Assembly: GCA_043228905.1 (NCBI GenBank)
Contig: JBHGNT010000291.1
Span: 1-39,101 of the forward strand
Direction of reading: 5' to 3'
Length of the DNA stretch: 39,101 nucleotides
DNA from: Azolla caroliniana
Lineage: Eukaryota > Plantae > Polypodiophyta
The notes beneath the pieces were generated by a model. It ran no database searches, was not told the origin of the DNA, and worked only from the letters and a program-made list of their open reading frames with translations. Position numbers and translations under genes: made by a program. Shown here in pieces: positions 1 to 12,511 of this stretch. Numbering within the stretch: the stretch's first letter is position 1; each line of letters opens with the position of its first letter.

Positions 1-641
1 ACATACTCTCTCTCTCTCTCTCTCTCAGGTTACTAGTATGTACATATATAGTAGTAATAGGAGTCGTAACAAAGAATTGAACAAAAGTTCACACAGGCCT
101 CTCCTTCTAAGTTCTCTTTCTTCTCCTTCGTCTTCGTCTAAATCTGTTGGCTGCAGAACGGAACTGAAGGAAAATCTGGAAAGCTTCTCCGGGTGTAGTT
201 CGAATCTGATCCGCATCATATTGATATCATTCGATCGCTTTGTCTTCTCACAAAAAGCTATCTCTGTGTTTGCTAATTTGGGTTCTGAGATTGATCAAGT
301 TCTTGAATTTCTTCATCAGAAAGATCAGAAAAGATCCGTTTGTGTTTTTTAGTTTTTTTGAGATTCTGATTTTCTCTTTGAAATCCACGACCAGAAATTA
401 TCCTTGTCTCCTCATTATTAGATCAGAGGGCAGAAAACTTGTTATTCCTCACAGATCTCAGCTCAAATGAGCGGAAGATTTATGTGAATGTGATAAGCGT
501 TTACATTTACAGAATCCGCCTTTCACAAATGAACACCTCCTGTTTTACCATTATTTGCGTTCAGTTCAATACGAAATTGTAAGTTTTTATTTTGGCAGAG
601 GTTTCATTGTGCATTTGATACATTTCAAAAATTATCAGAAA

Positions 642-3600
642 ATGGAGCAATTGAAGAACATCGGTAGAGAGCTGGCAATGGGCTCTCAAGGCTCATCAAA
701 AGAGTTTCTTGATCTTGTTAAAGCAATAGGAGAGGCCAAATCAAAGGCTGAGGAAGAGAGAATAGTCACTGAAGAAATTGAGGTTTTGAAGAAGAAAATA
801 GCCGAACCTGATGTCCCTCGGAGGAGGATGAAAGAATATATAATACGCCTTGTATATGTAGAAATGCTCGGACATGATGCCTCCTTTGGGTACATACAAG
901 CAGTAAAGATGACCCATGATGACAACTTATTGCTGAAAAAGACTGGATATCTTGCAGTTACTTTGTTTCTGAACGAGGATCATGATTTGATTATACTCAT
1001 TGTCAATACGATCCAGAAGGATCTGCGGTCAGATAATTTCCTAGTTTGTTGTGCTGCACTTACTGCAGTTTGTAGGCTCATTAATGAAGAAACTATTCCT
1101 GCAGTTCTTCCTCAGGTAGTGGATCTGCTAGGGCACCAGAAGGAGCTTGTTCGCAAGAAAGCTGTCATGGCTTTGCATAGGTTTCACCAAAGGTCTCCAT
1201 CAGTAGTGGCACATTTGGTGCCAAAGTTCAGAAAGGTATGGTTGCATCTATTATTGATCACATGGATGTATGCATCATTAGCCAGGGAGTGATTGGTTAT
1301 TGACTTATCATTGATCTCAGTGCCGCTCATGCTTTCTTATGGTTATTTATGACAGATTCTGTGCGATAATGATCCGAGCGTAATGACCGCATCTTTGTGT
1401 GCACTGTTCGATCTCATCTCTGGGGAAATTGATGCATATAAGAATTTGACATCTAGCTTTGTCAGCATCTTGAAGCAGGTGGTTGAACATAGGCTGCCAA
1501 AACCCTACAATTACCACGGTGCTCCAGCTCCATTTATACAGGTATGTTTTACAAAAGTGTCTAACGCTACTACCTACAACTTTGAAATTGTGGTTATCCT
1601 CAACTTCTATTATTTTTATTGCAGATAAAATTGCTGAAAATTCTGGCTTTACTTGGAGCTGGGGACAAGAAAACGAGTGAGAATATGTTTAGTGTTCTTA
1701 GTGATGTATTAAGAAAATCTGAACCAAACGGAAACATTGGAAATGCATTGATCTATGAGTGTATCTGTACGATTACTTCCATCCATCCCAATATCAAGCT
1801 TTTAGAGACTGCGGCTGAGCATACATCTAGATTTTTGAAGGTATACGAATCACAACGAGTGATTTTTGTGCTTTTTTATGATTAATGTGAATTTTTTTTG
1901 TGTTTCTTTTTGCCCAATTCCAGAATGAAAGTCACAATTTGAAGTATGTGGGCATTGATGCGCTTAGTCGGATAATAAAGATTAATCCAGATTTTGCAGA
2001 GGAGCACCAACTGGCGGTTATTGACTGCCTAGAGGTAGGATATAATGACAAAGTTAGTTAGCCCTTTCTTTTTAACACGGTTCAAAAGAGTCTGAATTTT
2101 GTGTGGACCTTGCATACTTATCAATCAAACTTGAATTGTTTTGTGGTATTATTGGCAGGATCCAGACGATACATTAAAAAGGCAAACTTTGGAGCTTCTA
2201 TACAAGATGACGAAATCGTCAAATGTTGAGGTCATTGTTGATCGTATGGTCAGCTACATGAAGAGCTTAACAGATGCTCATAACAAAACAGAAATAGCTT
2301 CTCGCTGCATAGAATTAGCTGAGCGTTTTGCACCTAATAATCAATGGTTTATTCAGGTGCATACAAATAATACAAACCTTTCTCGTTGATAGCTTTCCTG
2401 GTAATCTTCCCGAACCACAAGACTAATGAAAAATTATCTAATCTTCCTGACAGACAATGAACCAAGTATTTGAGCATGCCGGTGATCTTGTTCCAATCAA
2501 GGTAGCACATGACTTGATGAGATTAATTGCAGAAGGCGCAGGTGAAGAGGATGAAGATGCCGATAGCCAACTTCGATCTTCTGCAGTATGTGTCACTTTC
2601 AAATCTCCATGCTATATATGCTCAATTGTCAGCTTATATTCTCTTAAAACTAGGTTATAGGGCCCATGCAATATTTCAATACTGAGTGTACCCATTTTCC
2701 ATGTGTGACATGTAGTTGTCTACCTACACATTGTGCTTGGAACTTCAAAATGATAAAAAAAGCTTTACACTATTAGAGCTTGAAATGTGTGACTACATCT
2801 GCATGCCGTATAGAAAGATGGAAGTGACCTGCATATCAAGTAATGAGAGTTTTGTCTCATTTCCTGTAAGTGAATGGATTCAAATCAAGCTGAGATACTC
2901 AAAGGCCGAACTTGAGCAAATGAAGGGCCCTAGTTATAGGTACTCAGGCAACCATCTGACATGCCGAATTATTATATGATAGATTTGACAGAAAAAGCAG
3001 AATGATAATAAGCTGCTATCTTTGAAGAACTAATGCTGCATGACCATCTGATATCACAACCATGTTTGCCCCATGAATCATGAGCCGGGTCCTCTAACTA
3101 TGTGAAACTTGAGAGGGACGAATAGTAAGGGTAGATATTGAAACGATTGCGGGCACTGTATATTCAATACTTTTTCTGTAAATGGTTGTGTACCATCTCT
3201 GTCTAGAGTCCTCAATTGCTCTGCATGGAGGCGTGAACAATCTCTCATGCTCCTATGTGTAAGTTTTATGTTGGATAAGTGCCTCCATCAATGCTCAAAG
3301 GAAACATGTTCCCTTTACAAAATTGGGTTCCAAGTTGTATCGAGTTTCCTTAAAAACTTTTTCTGTAAATAGTTGTTAAAGAAAAATGAGAAGGCACATC
3401 TGTTCAGTAATATACATTGGTATGTCACAACTAGAGGGAGAAAATACAGAGATCGCTTATTTTTACATGAGGAGAAAGTTCCTCTTTATGCCAAGATATG
3501 GCCGTTGGGCTAACTAGCTGTTGGAAACAACTAGCCGTTGGGCTAACCGTTATAACTTTTAAACATTCTCAACACTCCCCCTCAAGATGGGCGAAAAATA

Positions 3601-6600
3601 TCCACTAAGCCCATCTTGTCACACAATCTAGTAAGACTTATTGGCCCAAGTCCCTTTGTAAGACAATCTGCTACTTGATGTTCAGTAGAAACATGACTCA
3701 ATTTTAATATTCCATTATCAAGCTTTTCCTTGATAAAGAATCTGTCGATTTTGATGTGCTTGGTCCTATCGTGCTATACCGGATTGTTGGCAATGCTGAT
3801 TGCTGACTTATTGTCACACCACAACATCATCTGATTTTCTTGATTCACCTTTAGTTATACTAGGAGAGTTCTCAGCCATAACATCTCTGCAACTCCTATA
3901 GCAATAGCTCTATACTCTGCTTCGGCTGTTGACCTTGCTACTACTGACTGTTTCTTACTCTTCCAAGAGACCAGATTGCCTCCAACAAACATGCAGTATC
4001 CTGATGTGGATTTCCTATCATCAACACAACTAGCCCAATCAGAATCACAATAGCCCTCAATGTTAAAAGGACCATGTTTTCTAAAGATTAATCCCTTCCC
4101 CGGGGCACCTTTGAGATATCTCAGAATATGGTACACTGCATCCATATGATCTTTCCTCAGATCATGCATGTAGCGACTTACCACACTTACTGCAAATGAA
4201 ATATCTGGACGGGTGTGAGTCAAATAAATTAGCCGATCTACCAATCTTTGATACCTTTCACGATCAACTTTCTCTCCTGCAAGTTCAGTTAGCTTGATCT
4301 TTTGGTCGATTGCAGAAGCTACGGGCCTATAACCCAACATTCCAATTTCTGTGAGAAGATCTAATACATATTTTCGCTGACATAGAACAACTCCTTCTGC
4401 TCCACGAGCTACCTCAATTCCAAGAAAGTATCGTAGCAATCCTAGATCCTTCACCTCAAACTCTTTACCCAATTGCACCTTCAGTTGGGCAATTTCCCCT
4501 TCATCGTTACCCGTGATAATTATATCATCCACATACATAGCAAGTAATGTAGTATGCTCCTTGTGTTGTCGAAAAAACACTGTATGGTCTGCATTTGTCT
4601 GTTGGTATCCCATACCCACCATAGCCCTTCTTAACTTGTCGAACTAGGCTCAAGGAGATTGCTTCAGTCCATAAAGCGACTTCCTTAGTCTGCAAACCTT
4701 ACCTATTGTTTGAATTGTACCAAAACCTGGGGGGACATCCATGTACACTTCCTCCAACTCTCCATGAAGGAATGCATTTTTTACATCTAATTGATGTAAT
4801 TTCCAATCCTTATTCACAGCTAAGGAAATAAGCGTTCTAACAGTGCTCATCTTCGCTACAGGTGCAAAAGTCTCATCATAGTCAATGCCATATGTCTGAC
4901 TATATCCTTTAGCCACCAATTGTGCCTTGTATCGATCTATTTTTCCCTTTGGGGTCTGTTTTATTGTAAACACCCATTTGCGCCCAACCGCCTTCTTTCC
5001 TGGTGGTAGTGACACAATCTCCCAAGTTTTGTTCTTCTCAAGAGCTCCGAGTTCTTCTTGCATGGTTGCTTTCCATTTTGGATCTTCTTTAGCAACCTGC
5101 CAACACTTGGGTAAAGTGACAGAGTCTAATGATGCAATGAATGCTCTATGTGTAGCTGATATGTTAGAATAAGAGATAAACTGAGCAATATCATGAGGAA
5201 AACCATAACGATCAGGAGGGACTCCTGCATTACTGCGAGAGGTCCTCCTAATCTCTATAGGAGAAGGAGAGGAAATCATATCACCTGTGATTTCTGGGTT
5301 TGGGAGTTCTCTAGGTATTTCAGAAGTCGAGGCAGGTTGGGACATGGAACTTGATGGCACATGTGGCACTGAAGATGTGTTCATATTTCCTTCTTTTTGC
5401 CTCCTCTTCCTTGTATTCACCTTTAGCTCCCCCTCAGCTTGAGTCCCAACACATATAGGCTCCTCGTCTTCGTTTCCTTCTTCTTGCGTACCGCCTACGC
5501 TCACTTGTTTCTCAGCTGATGTAGGGATCAATAAAGGAATTGATCCTATTTTTAGCAACCTCTCACCATTATCTCCTTCCCTCATATTTTCAGTCTCAAT
5601 TAAGTCATCAAAGGGTGAAGTTACCCCTTGTTTATAATATGGCTCTGACTCTCTGAAATGCACATCCATGCTCGCAAATAATCTCTTCTCTACTGGACTC
5701 CAGCAAACATAGCCTTTTTGTGTGGCAGAGTATCCCACAAATACACATTTTACAGCTTTAGGATCAAGTTTTCCTACAGATGGTCTACTGTCCTTTACAA
5801 AACACACACATCCAAACACCTTCAAAGGAAGGGTTCCTAGAGTTAATCCCTTGCAACAACTCACATGGAGACTTCCATTCCAATACTCTAGAGGGCATTC
5901 TATTGATCAATGTGGCAGCCGTCAAAACTGCCTGTCCCCACAACTGCTTTGGGACATTCATAGAAATCATCATTTTGTTCTGGTGTATATGGGCATGTAG
6001 TTTGATGTTGTATTCCTTGATCTGAGAGGTATGCCCTAAATGTCATGTTAGCATACTTTCTTCCATTATCAGACCTCAACACTTTTACCACTGCACCATG
6101 TTGAGTTTGAACTGCTCTATGAAAATCTTTAAAACAAGCAAATACTTCATTCTTTTTCCTCATCAAATATAACCAGGTCACACGAGAGAAGCAATCAATG
6201 AAAGAGACAAAATATCGATATCCATTAATAGAACTTGTGGAACATGGTCCCCAAACATCGGAGTGTATTACATCAAATGCATGGGAACTCCTATGACCTG
6301 AACTAGCATATGAACTTTTAGTAAGCTTACCAAATTCACATGCATCACAAACAAGTTTTGTTTTATCAGCCTTTTTAAAAAGGTTTGGATACACCCGACT
6401 CAAAACGCCATAAGAGGTATGTCCCATACGTTGGTGGTAAAGTATCAACAACTCCTCATAACTCATTTTAGATCCCCTTACATCTGTTCCCTCTACCATA
6501 GATGCTAATGCTGAATCCAGCCCTTCACAATCCAAATACCATAGACCATTATGCCATTTGCCAGTCCCAAGTTTCCGACATGTCCCTTTCTCTTGGAATA

Positions 6601-9600
6601 TCACCTTGGGAATATCCAAAGAAACAACACAGTTTAGTTGGTGTATGATAGAACTTATGGATAATAAGATTACTGGGAAAGAAGGAGCATGCAACACATT
6701 AGACAATGTCACAGAGTTGGTACATTTTACTCTACCTATACCCACTACAGGTTGTGTTGTACCGTCAGCAATTTGAATGCTTTGTGGCATTGATAAGTCA
6801 GTATACGAGGAGTATTCAATAGTATTACCTGTTACATGCCTAGATGCACTAGAATCAATTATCCATTCTGGTGTAGAGGCAAGAGTATTTGTGTTGCTAG
6901 TACTTGCTAGTACTTGTGGCTGAATCAATTATCCATTTGGGTTGAGATGTTTCAAAAATTGCATGGTTCTTCTTAGAGCAGAAATTTCCTTGCTCTTACA
7001 TTGAGGATCATTGCACACTGTCACAGGTGAGAAATGATCGTATTCTGCCCATAGACTCTCCAGCTCTATGGCATATTCCTGAATCATCCTATCTCCCTGC
7101 CAAACAGCATCTATCGCTTGCTCGATTTGAAATACTCTCATGTTGTTTCCCCTCCCAGCATACGTCTTTTGCAATTTCTCCCATATCTCCTTCACACTTA
7201 AAATTCCATCAACTGTTGTGGCGATTGATGGAATCATGGAGTTGAGAAGCCACGTGTACAAAGACATGTGGGTAGCTCTCAATGCTTTCCATTCATTGCT
7301 CGTTGTGACAAGAGGTTCTTTCTCTTCTCCTGTTAGGTAGCCGTCAAGGCTTCTCCCTGCCAAGGCACCTATAATCCGATGCGACCAGCTCAAGTATGTG
7401 GCTGGTCCATCGAGTTTGAACTCAACTGGGAGGAGTTCAAGTCGGGGTGGTGGTTGTGTTCCTGTCACACGTCCAGATGCTACAATCTCAGCCTGCTTCA
7501 TGTATTTCACCAATGTTTTCACCTCATCCTCGTTCAATTTTGAGAACACCTCATCCATCTTCTCAACTTGGTCTATCTCTGCTCTCCTCTTCTGACTTCT
7601 TTTCTCAAGTCACCTCTCAATCACATAGCAATGTCATCCCAAATGAAAAAAAAATCCCCCTTTCCTCTCTTGGATGCTAGGACAGTGCTGTTCCAATCGC
7701 TGTCATACCAGCAGAAGGGTGGATCTAGGGTTTTGCAGAGGGGCGGATCTATGCTCTGATACCATAAAGAAAAATGAGAAGGCACATCTGTTCAGTAATA
7801 TACATTGGTATGTCACAACTAGAGGGAGAAAATACAGAGATTGCTTATTTTTACATGAGGAGAAAGTTCCTCTTTATAAAGGCCAAGATATGGCCGTTGG
7901 GCTAACTAGCTGTTGGAAACAACTAGCCATTGGGCTAGCCGTTATAACTTTTAAACATTCTCAACAGTTGTGCACCATCTCTGTCTAGAGTCTTCAACTG
8001 CTCTGCATGGAGGCGTGAACAATCTCTCATGCTCGTCTGTGTAAATTTTATGTTGGATAAGTGCCTCCATCAACGCTCAAAGGAAACATGTTCCCTTTAC
8101 AAAATTGCAATGTGTTCAGGTTTCGAGGTGTATTGAGTTTCCTTAAACAGTAAATAGTTGTGTACCATCTCTGTCTAGAGTTCTCAACTGCTCTGCATGG
8201 AGACTTGAACAATCTCTCATGCTCGTCTGTGTAAATTTTATATTGGATAAGTGCCTCCATCAACACTCAAAGGAAACGTGCTCCCTTTACAAAATTGCAA
8301 TGTGTTCAGGTTTCGAGGTGTATTGAGTTTCCTTAAACAGTAAATAGTTGTGTACCATCTCTGTCTAGAGTTCTCAACTGCTCTGCATGGAGACGTGAAC
8401 AATCTCTCATGTTCCTGTGTGTAAGTTTTATGTTGGATAAGTGCCTCCAGCAACGCTCAAAGGAAACATGCGCCCTTCACAAAATTGCGATGTGTTCAGG
8501 TTTCAAGGCATATCAAGTTTCCTTAAAACATCAAAACTATCTTAGATCAATCACATCTCCCAGACTTCAGCTGCACAGAAGGCTGGTAGACTGATAATAT
8601 ACATACTGTCCACAAAACTTGCTATTACCTATATAATTAGTGTAGAATTAGTGCGTTGGTGTGTCCATTTACTAACCAATGCTTATTAATTTGATTTCTA
8701 TAGGTGGAGTCTTATCTTCAAATTCTTGGGGAGCCAAAGTTGCCTTCAATCCTCTTACAGGCAAATAATTCAAATTACACAATGATGATCAAATTTTCAA
8801 TTATTCTGCATTCAAGCCACTTCTCATATGTTATTAGTTAGTCTTGATTCAATTGCAGGTCATATGCTGGGTGCTTGGAGAGTATGGAACTGCAGATGGA
8901 ACTCATTCCGCAGCCTATATTATAGGGAGGCTATATGATGTCGCAGAAGCGCATCCAGGGGATGATCTAGTCAAGGTATCTGCAAAGGAGTGTATATGGT
9001 TGATCTTCTGCTGGTCAATCTGTCGATTAGATTCTGACAGTTGCTTGGTTTTTTACAGGGCTATGCTATCACTGCTATCACTAAAGTTTGTTCCTTTGAA
9101 ATTGCTTCAGGCAGGAAAATCAAACTTATGCCTGAGGTACTGTCTCTATGGCATATTTGACTTTATTTCAAGTTTGTAGGGTTCTGCTACTGATATTTTC
9201 CTTAATCATCTGGGAATGTAATAATGATCAACTCTGGGTTTCACAGTGTCAGGCTTTTATAAATGAGCTCTCTGCATCACATTCAACAGACCTTCAACAG
9301 AGGGCCTATGAAATACAAGTACTTCTAGGTTTTGATGCTAACACGCTGAGTGCTGTTTTGCCTACTGATGCAAGTTGTGAAGATATTGAGGTAACCATCT
9401 GATTAAACATGTGTGCATATTTGTGCGGGGAATGTTCACTGTATTAGGTAGGTAGATGGACATATTTATATTTTTGTTTGTCTACTTTTAATTACAGATT
9501 AATATGTAGTTGTTTGTGGGGATTATATGTCCCACCGTATAGATGGAAGTATATATTTTCTATTTGTTTTACTGGTAATTTTAGTTTAATTTTTAATAAA

Positions 9601-10693
9601 ACTCCTGAAATACTTACAGGTAAACAAGAACCTTCCTTTTCTCAATAGTTATGTTCAATCTATGCTGTCCAAGGGAGCAAAACCATACATATCTCCTACT
9701 GAAAGGATTGATACACGTGGCCCAATCACCTGGGCAAGCCAACATGATGAGTCTAGTGCTGCTAATCACTCTTTACGGTTTGATCCATATGAGAAGCCCC
9801 AATTACCCATGCCATCTTTGCCTTCTCTTTCTTCTCACGAAAGTGAAGACTATACAGTGGCGAAAGGATCTTATCCTGGTTATCAACCTACTCCTGATAT
9901 GGATACCCTAAACTCAGACGTTGCTCGCTTACGTTTAGAAGGAGTACAGAAGAAATGGGGGCGACCAACATATGCCAGCTCTTCTGCATCGTCTGTTGAC
10001 ATAAAGAAAACTACTAATGGATCAATAGCTGATGGTGATAGGAATGCAGTTCCACCTGTTACTCAGGAATCAAAACATGCAAACAGAAGCAAGGAACCAG
10101 AAATTTCCCCTGAAAAGAAGAAACTTGCTGCTTCCCTTTTCGGTGGTGTTTCCAAAACAGCTAAAACCATGGCAAAGAACCACAAGCCTGTGCCGGTAGC
10201 CAAAACTACTCAACCAAGCCATACTAAGGTTGATTTTGGTGTACCAGTTGAGAAGGAAAATCAAGTTTCATTGCCACCGCCTCCTGATTTGCTTGACTTG
10301 AATGAGGAGGTCCCAGCTGCCCCAAGCTCTAGAGATCCTTTGGAGGATCTGGAAAGCCTTCTCGATTTCACAGATTCTGTTGCTTCTTCCAATCCTGTTC
10401 CTGTAAATGCAAAGCCCTCTTCAGGTGTGGACATATTCTCATTGTATGAAGCCAACACATTGGAGCATTCAGCTGGCATGGGTAAGAACAACATTATAGT
10501 AGATTTGATGGCTGGTATCATGCCTGGTGAAAGGATGGATTCTAGCTTGGGGAGGGCAGCATCTGGTGTCAATAGTGCATCAAAGAAAGGACATTCGGTT
10601 GAAACGTCAATACAAAAAGATGCTCAATCACGTCAAGTGGGAGTCAATCCAACAAGCCCTAACCCTGATCTTTTCAAAGACTTGCTGAAGTGA
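642..10693 (+). CDS. AP4E: AP-4 adaptor complex subunit epsilon, 11 coding exons, ~968 aa
   Basis: Exons read from splice signals: 642-1235, 1356-1541, 1625-1840, 1924-2034, 2159-2356, 2454-2585, 8704-8760, 8859-8975, 9059-9136, 9247-9390, 9620-10693 (2907 nt, open). Adaptin-N start [40 protein letters not shown], plus [41 protein letters not shown] and terminal NPDLFKDLL match plant AP-4 epsilon. Confidence 0.95.
3377..3574 (-). repeat. 3' LTR of the Copia element (198 bp)
   Basis: Matches 7765-7966 apart from 3 substitutions and one 4-bp indel; adjacent to the PPT. Confidence 0.95.
3582..7558 (-). pseudogene. Disrupted Copia gag-pol polyprotein
   Basis: Fragmented ORFs 6929-7558, 5900-6928, 5785-5973, 4650-5864 and 3855-4622. 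In-frame stops (QSP*A*F where QSPRAWF is expected). Integrase deletion at ~5973. No gag zinc knuckle seen. Confidence 0.92.
7765..7966 (-). repeat. 5' LTR of the Copia element (202 bp)
   Basis: Directly followed (minus strand) by the tRNA-iMet PBS; flanked by TSD GTTGT. Confidence 0.95.
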
Positions 10694-11355
10694 GCTGTAT
10701 CCTGTTAGTTTCCCTCTTGAGCAATTTCTTTGTTCGTGAGATGATTGTGTATGCACCTGGGCACAGTGGCTTGTTAAATAAATCCGTTTTCTTTCTTACA
10801 ATGAAAGGGAGATTGTTTCTAGGTTTGTACGCTTGCAAGAACTTTTGGAAGAGGCAGTATATAAGCGAAAGGGCTTTTTGCCATAGTTTAGGGCTGATTG
10901 ATTTAAATTTAGCAGTTGGTGATGGGAGCATTATTCTTGCTCATGAATGGTATAGGTGTTGTATTTCCAGGATACTAGAGTTCTCTTATCAATTCGTTTT
11001 GTAAAAGCAATTGAAATACATCATGAAGCTATCAGAGAAGGTGATTTTTTCCTATGAAAGACTAGAGGATTCCTTTCTATGCAGTTAGTATTAGCTTTTC
11101 TGAAACAGTTTTGTATACCACATACGTAGAATGCAGAATTGGAATAGCTAGAGCTTGGAGTTTGATTTTGAATGTATAAATATCTTCCCGACATACTATT
11201 GGGTCATGATATGCTCATATGGAATTTTCAGTATGTGCGCACATCATTGTCTGCTTGTGCTGAGTGCTCACCTCTATCTAAATATATTTGTGTAATCTTG
11301 GATAATGTACAAAGAATAACAAAAACTTTTTAGGTTATATGGTCTATAGGGTTGT

Positions 11356-11489
11356 AGAAAGATGTGAAGGTGCACCATGAGGTGAAGTGATGATGTCCTT
11401 TGTTGTCTACTGCACTTGGTACCAAGAAAGATGAAAGGTGCACCAAGAGGTGAAGTGATGATGTCTTTTGTTGTCTACTATGCTTGGTA
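11356..11489. repeat. 69-bp tandem duplication, intergenic
   Basis: AGAAAGATG..AAGGTGCACCA.GAGGTGAAGTGATGATGTC.TTTGTTGTCTACT...CTTGGTA at 11356 and 11425. Confidence 0.85.
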
Positions 11490-12511
11490 TTCCACACCAA
11501 CATTTTTGTTGGAGGCAATTTTGGTATAATATGGAGTTTGCCAGGATTCCAACAAAGCATCTCCCTAGAAATGCTTCCATGTAGTAGATGGAAAAGGAGA
11601 GTTGATTTTTGAGTATTGCATGTACTTGGTAACCATTATTATTTAAACACACCAGAGAGAATCTCCTGAATGTTACTGTAGAATGATGGATAGTAGACTT
11701 AGTATTTTTCTTGCATAGAACAATCAAGTTGTGCTTGGTTTAGTAATATAAAATTTACAAGATTGATAAATCATCAAACATTTCACCAACCTCATCTATA
11801 GAGTTACCATGCACCACAATTGCCTTGATTATTCTTATTCCCATCTTTTATGCTTGATGCATGCATGTCCCGTGTGTGTAAGTTCAGAATAGCACCTTCC
11901 ATACAATCTCATCTTGATTTTCTTTTGTCACTAGTGCTCGTGTATAATCCTCAATCCCTTTTACTCCAACCCAGCCCAAAGTATCTCCTATTACACATAA
12001 TTTCCCATAAATCTCATTCCTACATTGCTGTCCATGCGTCATCAATAAACTCCCACAAGTATCCCATGTCAAACAAGCTACCACTTGTTTGGGAAGGATG
12101 TTTAATTATCCCCCATTAACTAACATAAATTCAATACGGACTAGAGAAATAATAAGTAGGACCTGGTGACCACCTCGAGTTTTCCTAATAAAACTCCTGG
12201 TTAAAACATCAGCAATTCAGAACTGGGGAGAAACAACGTTCTTTCCAGACAGTAAAGCTAGGACGGGCAGAAAAATCATTACAGAAATTATTGTCTCATT
12301 ACAACTATTAAATGGATTTCTATCCATGCAAAAAAGATGTCATTGCAAAAAGCAAACCACTACATCTCTTAGCTCCATTTCTAGAGGGAAGTAAAATAAA
12401 CAACACAATGTGACTGAATATACCATTTCACTCAGGGAAGCAAATTTCGACCCATGTGATCCATGCATTACATCTGCTATATTCCAATTATGGGATCATA
12501 TTAGACTTTCA

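Larger units (their letters stand above)
3377..7966 (-). mobile_element. Ty1/Copia LTR retrotransposon (short LTR, Ale-like), both LTRs intact but coding-defective, antisense in intron 6
   Basis: LTRs 3377-3574 and 7765-7966. TSD GTTGT at 3372-3376 and 7967-7971. PBS TGGTATCAGAGC (tRNA-iMet) at 7753-7764. PPT at ~3575-3585. Domain order is gag, PR (WIIDSSAS), INT (HSDVWGP, RSDNG), RT ([14 protein letters not shown]), RNaseH (YCDSDWA). Confidence 0.97.
3170..8529. repeat. ~190-bp tandem repeat (about 4 units) in AP4E intron 6, second unit split by the Copia insertion
   Basis: The unit GTAAATRGTTGTGTACCATCTCTGTCTAGAG...GAGTTTCCTTAAA recurs at ~3178, 3365 (continuing at 7967 after the element), 8150 and 8340. 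Period is 187-190 bp. Confidence 0.93.

Noticed and set aside
38-470. ORFs upstream of AP4E
   Set aside because: Low-complexity 5'UTR/intron-like sequence with no recognisable homology; a uORF role cannot be supported.
3001-3052. Box C/D snoRNA (ATGATAA...CTGA)
   Set aside because: Imperfect C box, too short, and no terminal stem or rRNA guide recognised.
3374-3376. Canonical TG start for the left LTR at 3374
   Set aside because: It gives mismatched flanks (ATAGT vs GTTGT) and is absent from the right LTR; these bases belong to the TSD.
7967-8529. CRISPR-like array
   Set aside because: Whole units are repeated with no unique spacers, there are no cas genes, and the context is eukaryotic.
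8048-8594. Near-identical short ORFs (72, 71 and 61 aa)
   Set aside because: By-products of the 190-bp tandem repeat; no recognisable protein, and they lie in an intron.
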